Of a DNA stretch of 35,100 nucleotides, positions 17,132 to 26,456 are shown in pieces; within the stretch, counting starts at the first letter, position 1; each line of letters starts with the position of its first letter. A program made the position numbers and the translations under genes. Under the pieces are notes generated by a model, which made no database searches, was not told the origin of the DNA, and saw nothing but the letters and a program-made list of their open reading frames with translations. The stretch spans positions 1 to 35,100 of the forward strand of contig CAXHAT010000077.1 of the NCBI GenBank assembly GCA_964014485.1, written 5' to 3'. This stretch comes from an uncultured Deferribacteres bacterium (GTDB lineage: Bacteria > Zhuqueibacterota > Zhuqueibacteria > Zhuqueibacterales > Geothermadaptataceae).

Positions 17132-17689
17132 ATGATTCGAAAATGGCGGAAAATTGAATCGAAGGAACTGTTCGATTTTACGATTTTTAAGATGCGCCAA
17201 ACGACCAGCCGGTCGCCAAGAAACGGTAAGGATTTTTCTTTTTATATCTTGGATTCGCCGGACTGGATTAATGTCATCCCGATAACGCCGGAAGGCCAGG
17301 TTGTTTTGATTGAGCAATTTCGGCACGGCACGGAAGAGAACACGCTTGAAATCCCCGGCGGCATGATGGACCCCGGAGACAACGATCCCGCAGAATCCGC
17401 AAAGCGCGAGCTGTTGGAAGAAACCGGCTACGATTCCGATCCTTTGATTCAAATTGGCGTGGTTGCGCCAAACCCGGCGATTTTAAACAATAAATGTTAT
17501 ACTTTTATCGCGCCCAACGCAAGGAAAGTCGCCGAGCAATCACAGGACGGAGCGGAAGATATTGCCGTCCGTCTTGTCGACGTTTTGGAAATGCCCGAGT
17601 ACATTGCAGACGGCAGAATAAGCCATGCCTTGGTGATCGCCGCGTTTTACCACTATGAAAATTTTAGGAAAAAACGCTTGTTTCCTTAA
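17132..17689 (+). CDS. NUDIX hydrolase (ADP-ribose pyrophosphatase-like)
   Basis: Nudix box GGMMDPGDNDPAESAKRELLEETGY and QFRHG. RBS AAGGAG at 17116-17121 favours ATG 17132. Confidence 0.92.
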   Translation: MIRKWRKIESKELFDFTIFKMRQTTSRSPRNGKDFSFYILDSPDWINVIPITPEGQVVLIEQFRHGTEENTLEIPGGMMDPGDNDPAESAKRELLEETGYDSDPLIQIGVVAPNPAILNNKCYTFIAPNARKVAEQSQDGAEDIAVRLVDVLEMPEYIADGRISHALVIAAFYHYENFRKKRLFP

Positions 17690-18055
17690 AATTATGCGTT
17701 AAATTATCGCCCGTTTTTTAAGAAAATTTCACATTCCAACCGAGTTGAATTATGCGACTCATCACACCACTTCAAAAATTCCGCAGCATCGCCGTAGATG
17801 TGTGCGGCCTTTAGCCTCGAGCTTCGGCAAGTAATTTCTCCGCCTTGGCGGATTTTTATTTTTCCTTCCGATCTCTTGGCTTCTCACAGCCCAATCCCCT
17901 TTCATATTCTCTAATTTTATAATTTATAGTCCTTTGAAGACGTAGAACAGCAACGTTTTCAGGACGCATCCGTCTCGACAACACAGACGCGTAACTGATT
18001 TTACGTTTTTCCTGTTGTTCGGAACGGCGCTCATCTACAAAAGCGAGTATTGAAA

Positions 18056-19498
18056 ATGTCTTCTGAAAATCTCGAACAAAGTGGTGAACAACCTGAAGCG
18101 CCGCAACAACAAAATTCCCTTTGGCGGGATATTGTCGAAGCAATTCGAGGCAAAGCCGACAGGGATTACACCTCCGGCTCAATTGGCCGCGCTATTCTTT
18201 ATCTCTCGATCCCAATGGTTCTGGAAATGGCGATGGAATCGGTTTTTGCCGTCGTAGACATCTTTTTTGTCAGCAAGCTCGGTGCAGACGCCGTCACGGC
18301 GGTTGGTTTGACCGAATCAGTCATCATTTTAATCTACGCTGTGGCGATTGGCGTGAGCATGGCGGGAACCGCGATGATCGCACGGCGCATTGGCGAAAAG
18401 GACAAGGAAGCCGCTTGCAATGCCGCAGTCCAGATTATCGGCCTTGGCGTCCTGCTGGCGATTCCCGGCATGATCGCGGGCATGTTTTGGGCGGACGACA
18501 TGTTGCGATTCATGGGCGCGCCGGAGAGCAGCATCGAAATAGGCTCAGGCTACACCACGATATTGTTTGGCGGCAACATTGTGATTATGCTGCTTTTCCT
18601 GAATAACGCCATTTTTCGCGGTGCTGGTGACGCGGCGATTGCGATGCGCGCGCTCTGGCTTTCCAATGGATTGAACCTGATACTCGACCCTTGTCTCATT
18701 TTTGGGCTCGGGCCGTTTCCTGAACTTGGCGTGCCCGGCGCTGCCATCGCAACGACGATTGGGCGAGGCGCGGGCGTATGTTTTCAACTTTACGTTATGT
18801 TTCGCGGCAGCAGCCGAATCCAGCTATTAAGGCGGCACGTAAAGCTGCAATGGCAGGTTATTGTTCGGTTGATTCGCGTTTCGGCGTGGGGCGTCGTGCA
18901 GTACTTGCTGGCAACGGCGAGTTGGCTGATCCTGATTCGTATCATTGCCAGATTTGGCAGTCAGGCCGTCGCGGGCTATACAATTGCGATACGTTTTGTC
19001 GTGTTCACGATTTTGCCGTCCTGGGGCATGGCAAACGCCGCGGCGACTTTGGTAGGGCAGAATTTAGGCGCCAATAAGCCGGATCGTGCGGAAAAATCGG
19101 TTTGGATAACCAGTCATTACAACATGGCGTTTCTATTGTTCATTTCTGTGTTTTTCATTTTCTATCCGGAAATGATCATCGGCATTTTCACACAAGAAGA
19201 GGCCGTCATTGGCTTCGGCGCCGATTGTCTCAGAATTATGAGCTACGGTTATGCGCTTTTCGCCTACGGCATGGTCGTTTCGCAAGCCTTTAACGGTGCC
19301 GGCGATACAAGGACGCCGACAAAAATCAACTTTCTCTGCTATTGGCTTTTGCAAATTCCGCTAGCCTATTATCTCGCGGTAGGTTCCGGTTTTGAAACGG
19401 TTGGCGTGTATTGGTCGATTACGACTGCCGAAGTCGCGTTGGCGGCAACGGCTGTGTTTTTTTTCAGGCGGGGAAAATGGAAGGCGCAGCAAATTTAG
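18056..19498 (+). CDS. MATE family efflux transporter
   Basis: About 12 TM segments; motifs DIFFVSKLG, RGAGD, NLILDPCLIFG...GVPGAAIAT, GQNLGA and GAGDTRTP. Confidence 0.95.
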   Translation: MSSENLEQSGEQPEAPQQQNSLWRDIVEAIRGKADRDYTSGSIGRAILYLSIPMVLEMAMESVFAVVDIFFVSKLGADAVTAVGLTESVIILIYAVAIGVSMAGTAMIARRIGEKDKEAACNAAVQIIGLGVLLAIPGMIAGMFWADDMLRFMGAPESSIEIGSGYTTILFGGNIVIMLLFLNNAIFRGAGDAAIAMRALWLSNGLNLILDPCLIFGLGPFPELGVPGAAIATTIGRGAGVCFQLYVMFRGSSRIQLLRRHVKLQWQVIVRLIRVSAWGVVQYLLATASWLILIRIIARFGSQAVAGYTIAIRFVVFTILPSWGMANAAATLVGQNLGANKPDRAEKSVWITSHYNMAFLLFISVFFIFYPEMIIGIFTQEEAVIGFGADCLRIMSYGYALFAYGMVVSQAFNGAGDTRTPTKINFLCYWLLQIPLAYYLAVGSGFETVGVYWSITTAEVALAATAVFFFRRGKWKAQQI

Positions 19499-19527
19499 GC
19501 TGCTTTGATCATTCCTCTACTTCAAAT

Positions 19528-19567
19528 AAAAAAATCCCCAGCGTTCAAACACGACGGGGATTTTTTT
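19528..19567. terminator. Bidirectional intrinsic terminator
   Basis: AAAAAAATCCCC...GGGGATTTTTTT between the convergent MATE and Spy-like genes. Confidence 0.7.
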
Positions 19568-19574
19568 CTTCTCT

Positions 19575-19607
19575 AACTCTGACAGGGTTCGCAACCCTGT
19601 CAGAGTT
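19575..19607. repeat. 33-bp REP-like palindrome
   Basis: AACTCTGACAGGGTT-CGC-AACCCTGTCAGAGTT; arms identical to the 6378 copy. Confidence 0.88.
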
Positions 19608-19626
19608 AGGAATTAACGAAAATCAA

Positions 19627-20196
19627 TCAATTTTCAAATTCATCGAAAAGCCCAGCTTCTTCATCAAGAAAAGCGCCCTGCTGGCCGAAGCCGCCGGATC
19701 GCGGCGCTCTCTGGCGAAATTGACCGCCTCTGCCGCGCATGCCTTTTCCAAAGTGCCGTTGCCCTCGCTGCATTCTGGAAAAAATGCGCATTTCCTTGGC
19801 TTTCTCACGCTGTTCCGGCGTCAAAACCTGTTGCGCCGCCAGCATCGTCTCAACTTTGTGCTTCATGGTAGATTCATGCAATTTGCTAATTTCCGCAATT
19901 TTCGCATCGATTTTGGCTTTGTCCGGCGATTCAGCGGCCATCAGTTCTTGCATTTCGAGACGGGCGACTTGCTGCTTTGCGCGGATTTCAATGCCTTGCT
20001 TACGCGCCGACATGAAGACTTCACGCAGTTTCGTCTTTTGCTCTTTTGAAAGCCCCAGCTCTTCCATTGCATTCTTGCGCGGGGCTTCCATGCGCTGTCG
20101 TCCGCCTTGCATACCGCGTCTTGGTTGTGCGGTGGCGATAACCGATGCAAACAGCATTGCGATCAGGGTTGTGAACATCATAAAACGTTTCATCAT
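19627..20196 (-). CDS. Spy/CpxP-family periplasmic protein (LTXXQ motif)
   Basis: Signal peptide, LGLSKEQ and VLTPEQR motifs, and Gly/Arg/Met-rich termini. Confidence 0.85.
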   Translation of the reverse strand: MMKRFMMFTTLIAMLFASVIATAQPRRGMQGGRQRMEAPRKNAMEELGLSKEQKTKLREVFMSARKQGIEIRAKQQVARLEMQELMAAESPDKAKIDAKIAEISKLHESTMKHKVETMLAAQQVLTPEQREKAKEMRIFSRMQRGQRHFGKGMRGRGGQFRQRAPRSGGFGQQGAFLDEEAGLFDEFEN

Positions 20197-20456
20197 GCAT
20201 CTCCTTATATTTTTGAGAAGTGTCTATTCATTGGAGCAAACCTTTGGTGGTCTGCTGTTTAACCTTCGCCCAAAAATACGCACGAAAACGAAAAATTTTC
20301 CCTGATTGTGACTAAAACCGTCACCCAGTGATGAAGTTGATAATCCCTGACGTAAGTGCGAAGCGCGCTCTGAAACAATTGCATTGCAAACGAAGGTGTG
20401 AATGCTAAATTTAAGCTGAATCGCTAATTCCAAGAGCATCCAATCATACGCCAAAC

Positions 20457-21344
20457 ATGTCCTTCTACGAAAAAGAAATTACTTCCATTCAACGCAACAA
20501 TAAGTTGGTGCTTGGGTTCGTTATTTTGATTGTCCTGGTTCTCGGCTTGGTCGAGTGGAAGTTCTTTTTTGTCGAGAAGGCGCTGGGTCAATACCTCGTT
20601 TGGAATAATGAGAGCCGCGAAAAGCTGGGGCCGCAGTGGCAGCGCGTTGCCGAGAAAATAAACGCCGACCGCAATTTCCAACGTCTTGACAGCCTGTCTC
20701 GAAAAGCGCGACAGGACGTAGATGCGATCCAAGACTTTGGTCAGCTTTTGGGCCGAACGGCGGAGCGCGGGCAAATCGTTTTACAGCCGCGTCAATTCCA
20801 GCGCTTGTACAGCAGACTTCCCTTTCACATCAAAACCCTCATTATCGAGCCGGATTCGCTGCTTATCTTCGCCGGTGAAGGGCTTTTGAGCGACGTTTTC
20901 TGCACCAGCTTTTCTTCATCCCTGGCTCTTTATTTCGTCGATAGCCGGAACAATCTGCTGTCGCAGACAACGCTAACGGCTGAAGAAATAGAAATGATTG
21001 GGCGGCACGGGAGCTTGACGGCTCTCAACCTTGAAGCGGATTCGCGTTTTCCCCGGCAGCGCATCTTTTCACTTGCACGATTTAATCAGAAAATGAAGTT
21101 TCTCGACTACGAAACCAAAGAAGGGTTCTTGCGAGAATTGCCGGCGATGACGGAATTCGCCGATAATGCTTCCGTCCAAATCGCGATTTCCAACAAGATT
21201 ATCAGCGGCCTGGTGGAAATGGCCGTCGCGATTGATCGCTCGCGGGCTTACCTTTATTATTTGCCTGAAGATTGGATTAATGATTTTGGCTCATTGTTAG
21301 ATGATGAAGATTTTTCAGAAGACGAAGACGAGATTATTTTATAG
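20457..21344 (+). CDS. Hypothetical single-pass membrane protein, overlapping the PBP gene
   Basis: 295-aa ORF with N-terminal TM LVLGFVILIVLVLGLV and an acidic C-tail; overlaps the PBP start by about 44 nt. Confidence 0.75.
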   Translation: MSFYEKEITSIQRNNKLVLGFVILIVLVLGLVEWKFFFVEKALGQYLVWNNESREKLGPQWQRVAEKINADRNFQRLDSLSRKARQDVDAIQDFGQLLGRTAERGQIVLQPRQFQRLYSRLPFHIKTLIIEPDSLLIFAGEGLLSDVFCTSFSSSLALYFVDSRNNLLSQTTLTAEEIEMIGRHGSLTALNLEADSRFPRQRIFSLARFNQKMKFLDYETKEGFLRELPAMTEFADNASVQIAISNKIISGLVEMAVAIDRSRAYLYYLPEDWINDFGSLLDDEDFSEDEDEIIL

Positions 21345-23340
21345 CCTGCTTTCCGCAGCCACGCTGTTTCTTGCACTCCTTTATATCGGCTTGTATTTGC
21401 TGATCACGGACCTGCCGCACGTGCCGGATGATCTGCGACAGCTCGTCTACGCCCGCCCAACTGAAATTTACGCCAGCGACGGCACGCTTGTGCGTTCTCT
21501 TGGCGGCCAATCATACCGTACGCTGGACAGGATGAGCCCGTATTTCCAGCAAGCCGTGGTCGCCACCGAAGACGGCGATTTCTACAAACACCACGGCGTA
21601 GATATTCGATCGAATTTACGCGCTTTTTTTAATCGTATTTTCCGGGGACGGCGTTTGGGCGGCGCGTCGACGCTAAGCCAGCAATTGGCCAAAAACCTCT
21701 TCTTTTCCCACCGCCGCGAAGTTTTGCGGAAATTTAAGGACATGCTCGTCGCGATGCAGCTCGAAAGCATGTTCGAAAAAGATGACATTTTGGAGGCATA
21801 CTGCAACCTTATCTATTTCGGCGGCACTGCTTACGGCGTGGAAGACGCGGCGCAGCAGTTCTTCGCCAAAAGCGCCGATTCGCTCTCGCTATCTGAATCA
21901 GCGCTGCTTGCCGGAATTCTGAACTCGCCGAATTCGTTTAATCCATACTCTCATCCTGAGCGTGCAAAGCGTCGCCAGCGCATCGTTTTGGCGAGCATGT
22001 TGCGTGAGGGATACGTCGATGATCAGCAATATGAACGTGCTCTTGCGGATTCGCTGCGCTATGTGCCCCGTCGCAGCCCAAGCAACGATTTCGTCGATCA
22101 TGTCCTGAATCTGGCTATCCAAAAATATGGTCGTGAAGCGGTCTATTTTGGCGGGCTGAAAATTTACACGACCATGGATCCGGAGCTGCAGCGCATCGCT
22201 GAAGAAGAAATTGCCTCCGGCCTCGACGCTCTTGAGAGCAATCTGCAAGACAGTACTGGCGCCCTGCAAGGCGCGATGACCGTCGTCGCCGTATCGACGG
22301 GAGAAGTCAAAGCGCTGGTTGGCAGTCGAGCACACGTGCCCGGCGGTTTCAACCGTGCAACAAACGCCAATCGCCACGTCGGGTCAGGGATCAAGCCGTT
22401 TTTGTATTATGGCGCACTGGAAACGCTTGGCTTTCAGCCGTACTCGATTCAAAACGACAGTCTGATTACCTACCGGCTCAAAACCCGCCAGTCCTACCGC
22501 CCCAGAAATTTTGATCGTCGGTACGATGGAAAAATGACGCTGAAATGGGCGCTGATGAAGTCGAAAAATACAGTCGCGGTGCAACTGGCGGAACAACTCA
22601 CGCCGGAGAAACTGGTGGAAGATATTCGTCGTTTCGGCGTAACGAGCGACGTCGCCCCGGTGCTTTCTTTGGGACTTGGCACGTCTGGAATTTCTTCCGT
22701 GGAAATGGCCTCGGCTTACGCAGTATTTGCCCGAAACGGCGTTTACTTCGAGCCGGTTTTCATCAAACGCGTCGAAGACATCAACGGCATTGTGATCGAT
22801 CCCGGCCCCCTCCGTTTTGGTCAGGAACGCCTCGACCCCCAGACTTCTTACCAAATGCTCGATATGATGCGCGGCGTGGTAGACGGCGGCACGGCGGCGG
22901 GGGCGGTTCGGCGCGTCGCGGGTTTCACGGCCCCGGCGGCTGGGAAAACCGGGACAAGTTACAGTTACACGGACGCCTGGTTTAACGGCGTGACTTCGGC
23001 GTTGTCCGCTTCGGTTTGGGTTGGCTATGACCGCGAAAAACAAATGTTTCGCAAAGTGGGCGGCGGCGCCACCGGCGGCTATGCAGCGGCGCCAATTTGG
23101 GGCAACTTTATGCAGCGCGCCTCGCGCCGTTACCCCGCGCGCGAATTTCCACAGCCCGAAGGCTTGCGCTTTTTTAACGTCGATCCCGTTCAGGGCTGGC
23201 GCACCGACTCAACGGAAACAAGCATTCACATCGTGCTCAAGAACGGCGATTTTCCGCCGCGAAAACCGATCTATGATCTCGACGCACTTTTCCCGATGAC
23301 AAGAGACAGTTTGAGAACTTTTGATCGCCGCCGAAGATGA
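21301..23340 (+). CDS. Class A penicillin-binding protein (PBP1A family, transglycosylase-transpeptidase)
   Basis: GT51 motifs EDGDFYKHHGVD, GASTLSQQLAKN and RKFKD; transpeptidase motifs SGIK (SxxK), SKN (SxN) and KTGT. Confidence 0.93.
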   Translation: MMKIFQKTKTRLFYSLLSAATLFLALLYIGLYLLITDLPHVPDDLRQLVYARPTEIYASDGTLVRSLGGQSYRTLDRMSPYFQQAVVATEDGDFYKHHGVDIRSNLRAFFNRIFRGRRLGGASTLSQQLAKNLFFSHRREVLRKFKDMLVAMQLESMFEKDDILEAYCNLIYFGGTAYGVEDAAQQFFAKSADSLSLSESALLAGILNSPNSFNPYSHPERAKRRQRIVLASMLREGYVDDQQYERALADSLRYVPRRSPSNDFVDHVLNLAIQKYGREAVYFGGLKIYTTMDPELQRIAEEEIASGLDALESNLQDSTGALQGAMTVVAVSTGEVKALVGSRAHVPGGFNRATNANRHVGSGIKPFLYYGALETLGFQPYSIQNDSLITYRLKTRQSYRPRNFDRRYDGKMTLKWALMKSKNTVAVQLAEQLTPEKLVEDIRRFGVTSDVAPVLSLGLGTSGISSVEMASAYAVFARNGVYFEPVFIKRVEDINGIVIDPGPLRFGQERLDPQTSYQMLDMMRGVVDGGTAAGAVRRVAGFTAPAAGKTGTSYSYTDAWFNGVTSALSASVWVGYDREKQMFRKVGGGATGGYAAAPIWGNFMQRASRRYPAREFPQPEGLRFFNVDPVQGWRTDSTETSIHIVLKNGDFPPRKPIYDLDALFPMTRDSLRTFDRRRR

Positions 23341-23553
23341 TTGCCGCCGGCGCAAATTGACTGAACCGAGACAGGCGCTCTCAAGATAAACCGGGAATTT
23401 TTGTAGGCTTGGGTTGTCGTGAACAAAATAGACGCGGAGAATCGCTGTAGAAAATGCCTTGCAATTATTTGAATTAAAGAAGATTATGTGGCTGGCTTTT
23501 TGCGATGTTTTGCCGCGCAAAAAAATCATGGACATAAGACCAAGGAGTTTTTG

Positions 23554-25287
23554 ATGTTTAGGACAAGGTTTCTTTCAGGGAAGAAAATTGCAATCGTCTC
23601 AATTTTGCTGGGGCTGTTTTCAGGCGTGAATGCTCAACAGCGCCCGCAATTTGTCGAAGGCGAAGTCATTGTAAAATTTCGAGATGACGTTGTAACCGCT
23701 CAGGCGCAGACGATTTTTGCAAATGCGAGCATCGCTCAGCTCGATTATTATGAAGAGATTCGAGCTTATCGCTGCAACGTCACGAATCAACAAAGCGTCG
23801 CTCAGGCCGTTCGCGCTTGCCAGCAAAATCCTTCCGTCGAATATGCCGAACCGAATTATATTTACACCATCGATATGCTCAAGGAAACGCCCCTCATGCG
23901 CGCGGAGCCAAACGATCCCGCTTTTAGCCAATTGTACGGTATGAACAACATCGATGCTGTGACGGCCTGGGACGTACAAACGGGAAACAGTGATCTCATT
24001 GTCGGCGTGATCGATACGGGCGTGGACTATGAGCATGAAGATTTGGCGGCTAACATGTGGCGCAACCCCGGTGAAACCGGCAATGACGCTGACGGAGCCG
24101 ACAAAGCGACCAACGGCGTTGACGACGACGGCAACGGTTATATCGACGACGTTTATGGCTGGGATTTCGCCAGCGATGACAATGATCCGCAAGACGGCAA
24201 CGGTCACGGGACGCACGTTGCCGGGACAATTGGCGCGGTTGGCAATAATGAAACCGGCGTTGTCGGCGTCAATTGGAACGTGTCAATTATGGCGCTCCGT
24301 TTCCTCGATAACAACGGCAGCGGCACAACCGCGGACGCCATTCCGGCCATCGTTTACGCCGCTGACATGGGCGTGCTTCTCACCAACAACAGTTGGGGCG
24401 GCGGCGGTTTTTCCCAAGCGTTGAAAGATGCGATTGAATATGCGCGAGACAAAAATTCTCTTTTTGTCGCAGCGGCCGGAAACTCAAATTTGAACAATGA
24501 TTCGTCTCCGTCATATCCTGCGAGCTACGATGTTGACAACATCATTTCCGTCGCCGCCTCAGATCGCAACGACAACCGTGCTAGCTTTTCAAACTTCGGT
24601 AAAAAATCGGTACATTTGGCCGCGCCGGGCGTTGGAATTTTGAGCTGTGAGCCAAACAATCGATACCAACAACTTAGCGGCACTTCAATGGCTTCGCCGC
24701 ACGTTGCGGGCGCTGTTGCGCTTGTGGCGACGCAATTTTCAGGAATTTCTTACACCGATCTTCGCACTCGGATTCTGGGAACAATCGATCCAAAAGCGAA
24801 TTTTAGCGGCAACACCATCACAGGCGGCAGATTGAACGTGAATAACGCATTTACAACCGATCCAATCGTGGCGTTAGTCACACGTCTCGAAGACACCAAG
24901 GACACGGACGGGCCGTACTCAGTTTCGGCGAACGCAACGGATGACGGCGAAATCACTTCGGTTACTTTGCACTATTCCGCCGCCGGCGGCGCTGAAGAAA
25001 CGGTCGCAATGGCGATGAGCGGAAATCTTTACGAAGCAACCGTGCCAGGGCAGTCGAAAGGCACAAACGTAAGTTACTACGTCAAGGCGACGGATAACGA
25101 CGGAAACACAGTCCAGAGCCCTGTCTACGAGTTCAAAATTGGATCGGGGAGGTGCGGATCGATGTTTCTCATCACCTCCGGCGATTCAGGAACGGGCCAG
25201 GCTTTCTTTTTTCTCCTGAACTTTGTCATCATGCTTGCTCTGATTAAGCTGATCGGTCGGATCAGGATGCGCCCAAAATTTGCCTGA
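23554..25287 (+). CDS. S8 subtilisin-like serine protease with propeptide, Ig-like domain and C-terminal TM anchor
   Basis: Catalytic triad VIDTG / HGTHVAG / GTSMASP; DDDGNGYIDD loop. RBS AAGGAG at 23542-23547 favours ATG 23554. Confidence 0.94.
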   Translation: MFRTRFLSGKKIAIVSILLGLFSGVNAQQRPQFVEGEVIVKFRDDVVTAQAQTIFANASIAQLDYYEEIRAYRCNVTNQQSVAQAVRACQQNPSVEYAEPNYIYTIDMLKETPLMRAEPNDPAFSQLYGMNNIDAVTAWDVQTGNSDLIVGVIDTGVDYEHEDLAANMWRNPGETGNDADGADKATNGVDDDGNGYIDDVYGWDFASDDNDPQDGNGHGTHVAGTIGAVGNNETGVVGVNWNVSIMALRFLDNNGSGTTADAIPAIVYAADMGVLLTNNSWGGGGFSQALKDAIEYARDKNSLFVAAAGNSNLNNDSSPSYPASYDVDNIISVAASDRNDNRASFSNFGKKSVHLAAPGVGILSCEPNNRYQQLSGTSMASPHVAGAVALVATQFSGISYTDLRTRILGTIDPKANFSGNTITGGRLNVNNAFTTDPIVALVTRLEDTKDTDGPYSVSANATDDGEITSVTLHYSAAGGAEETVAMAMSGNLYEATVPGQSKGTNVSYYVKATDNDGNTVQSPVYEFKIGSGRCGSMFLITSGDSGTGQAFFFLLNFVIMLALIKLIGRIRMRPKFA

Positions 25288-25311
25288 AAATAGGTGCATT
25301 TATCGTTTTTC

Positions 25312-25348
25312 AACCCTGTTCGTCTCATATGGCGAGCAGGGTTTTTTT
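25312..25348 (+). terminator. Intrinsic terminator after the S8 gene
   Basis: AACCCTGTTCGTC-TCATAT-GGCGAGCAGGGTT followed by a T run. Confidence 0.8.
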
Positions 25349-25382
25349 GTGTATTTAGATTGATTCGAGCGAGGATTCAAAG

Positions 25383-26240
25383 TTGAAAAAAGTCAGTTTT
25401 TCACCAAAAGCGATTTTTGCCTTATGGGCCATTTGGGCTGTTGCGGGCGCGCAGGCGGTTTTTGCGAGACAGTCTCTGAACGAGGACAATGACAACATCG
25501 CCCGCGAAAACGTGCAATTGGGACGTTCGGTTGAATTTTCACTTTCGGTGAAAAATGCGAACCAGGCGCTCGAGTTTTATCAAGGACTGGGCTTTAGAGA
25601 AACTGCTTCCGCGCCTGCGCCGCACCCGGTGAAAACCGTGACAGACGGCTCCATCGTCATCGCGCTGCATCAAGCCAGCTTCCCGTCTCCTTCGGTGACG
25701 TTTTTTGGAGCAAAGCCGAAGGAAATTTTGAAGATTTTAAAGAACGCCAAGATTCATTCTGAAATGAAATTTGATGAGCGCGGCGACATCAAATCCGTGG
25801 AATTTGTCGATTTAAACGGGCTGCGAATTGTCGCAAGGTCAGACGCGGGAATTGAAAGGGAAGGCGTTCAATTTGAAATGATGTCTTTGGCGGGCGATAA
25901 CAAGGAATACTCAAAATGCGGCATGTTCGGCGAGTTTGCAGTTTCAACAAAAAGCCGGGACGCGACCTTTGATTTCTACAAAAACTTCAGCTTTGTTCGT
26001 AATCATGAAAGCAATTCGCCTCACCCCTGGGGGATTTACGTTAATGGAATCACCGTTTTGGGCGTGCATCAAAGCAATGACGTTCAAACGCCTGCGCTGA
26101 CGTTTTTTGCCAAGAATTCAGCGGAGCGAATAGCGCGGTTAAAGTCCGAAGGCTTCGATTTTCTACAGGAACTTGACCCGAAAAACGCCATTCTGCAATC
26201 CCCGGACGGTCAGTTGATCTTTATTTTTACACTGCCTTAA
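25383..26240 (+). CDS. VOC/glyoxalase-like protein (tandem domains) with apparent signal peptide
   Basis: Repeated EFSLSVKN...ALEFYQGLGF and EFAVSTK...TFDFYKNFSF, each followed by DG/NG..I.L.(L/V)HQ...P.(V/L)TFF, and LQSPDGQ. TTG start with GAGGA RBS. Confidence 0.72.
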   Translation: MKKVSFSPKAIFALWAIWAVAGAQAVFARQSLNEDNDNIARENVQLGRSVEFSLSVKNANQALEFYQGLGFRETASAPAPHPVKTVTDGSIVIALHQASFPSPSVTFFGAKPKEILKILKNAKIHSEMKFDERGDIKSVEFVDLNGLRIVARSDAGIEREGVQFEMMSLAGDNKEYSKCGMFGEFAVSTKSRDATFDFYKNFSFVRNHESNSPHPWGIYVNGITVLGVHQSNDVQTPALTFFAKNSAERIARLKSEGFDFLQELDPKNAILQSPDGQLIFIFTLP

Positions 26241-26270
26241 AACAATCATCGTTACGATAAAAATCTTTGG

Positions 26271-26456
26271 GCTGCGCTGTCCCGCTCCATGCTCGCGCCA
26301 TAAGCCTTGATGGACATGGCCGCACTCCACGACGGAGCAACCAATTTATAGGGCGTGGTTGAAGCCTATGCCAGCGTTCTGAAAACCTACGCTTCCTCCA
26401 TTTTGGGCGACGAAGCGATGTTTATGGTGAAGTAAGCCTATGGAAAACAAAAGGAT
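26271..26456 (+). pseudogene. Degraded TPR-like gene fragment
   Basis: The frame starting at 26271 reads SRSMLAP*ALMDMAALH...EAYASVLKTYASSILGDEAMFMVK*AY, resembling BamD/CpoB-type TPRs. Stops at 26301, 26349 and 26433. Confidence 0.4.

Noticed and set aside
17690..18055. Long leader before the MATE gene as a riboswitch or sRNA
   Set aside because: Only short hairpins are visible (e.g. TCCGCC-TT-GGCGGA) and I recognise no riboswitch consensus. An Rfam/Infernal scan would be needed.
795..19607. 33-bp palindromes as CRISPR repeats or integron attC sites
   Set aside because: They are dispersed singly kilobases apart with no spacers and no integrase. They are near-perfect hairpins lacking clear attC R/L box and extrahelical-base architecture.
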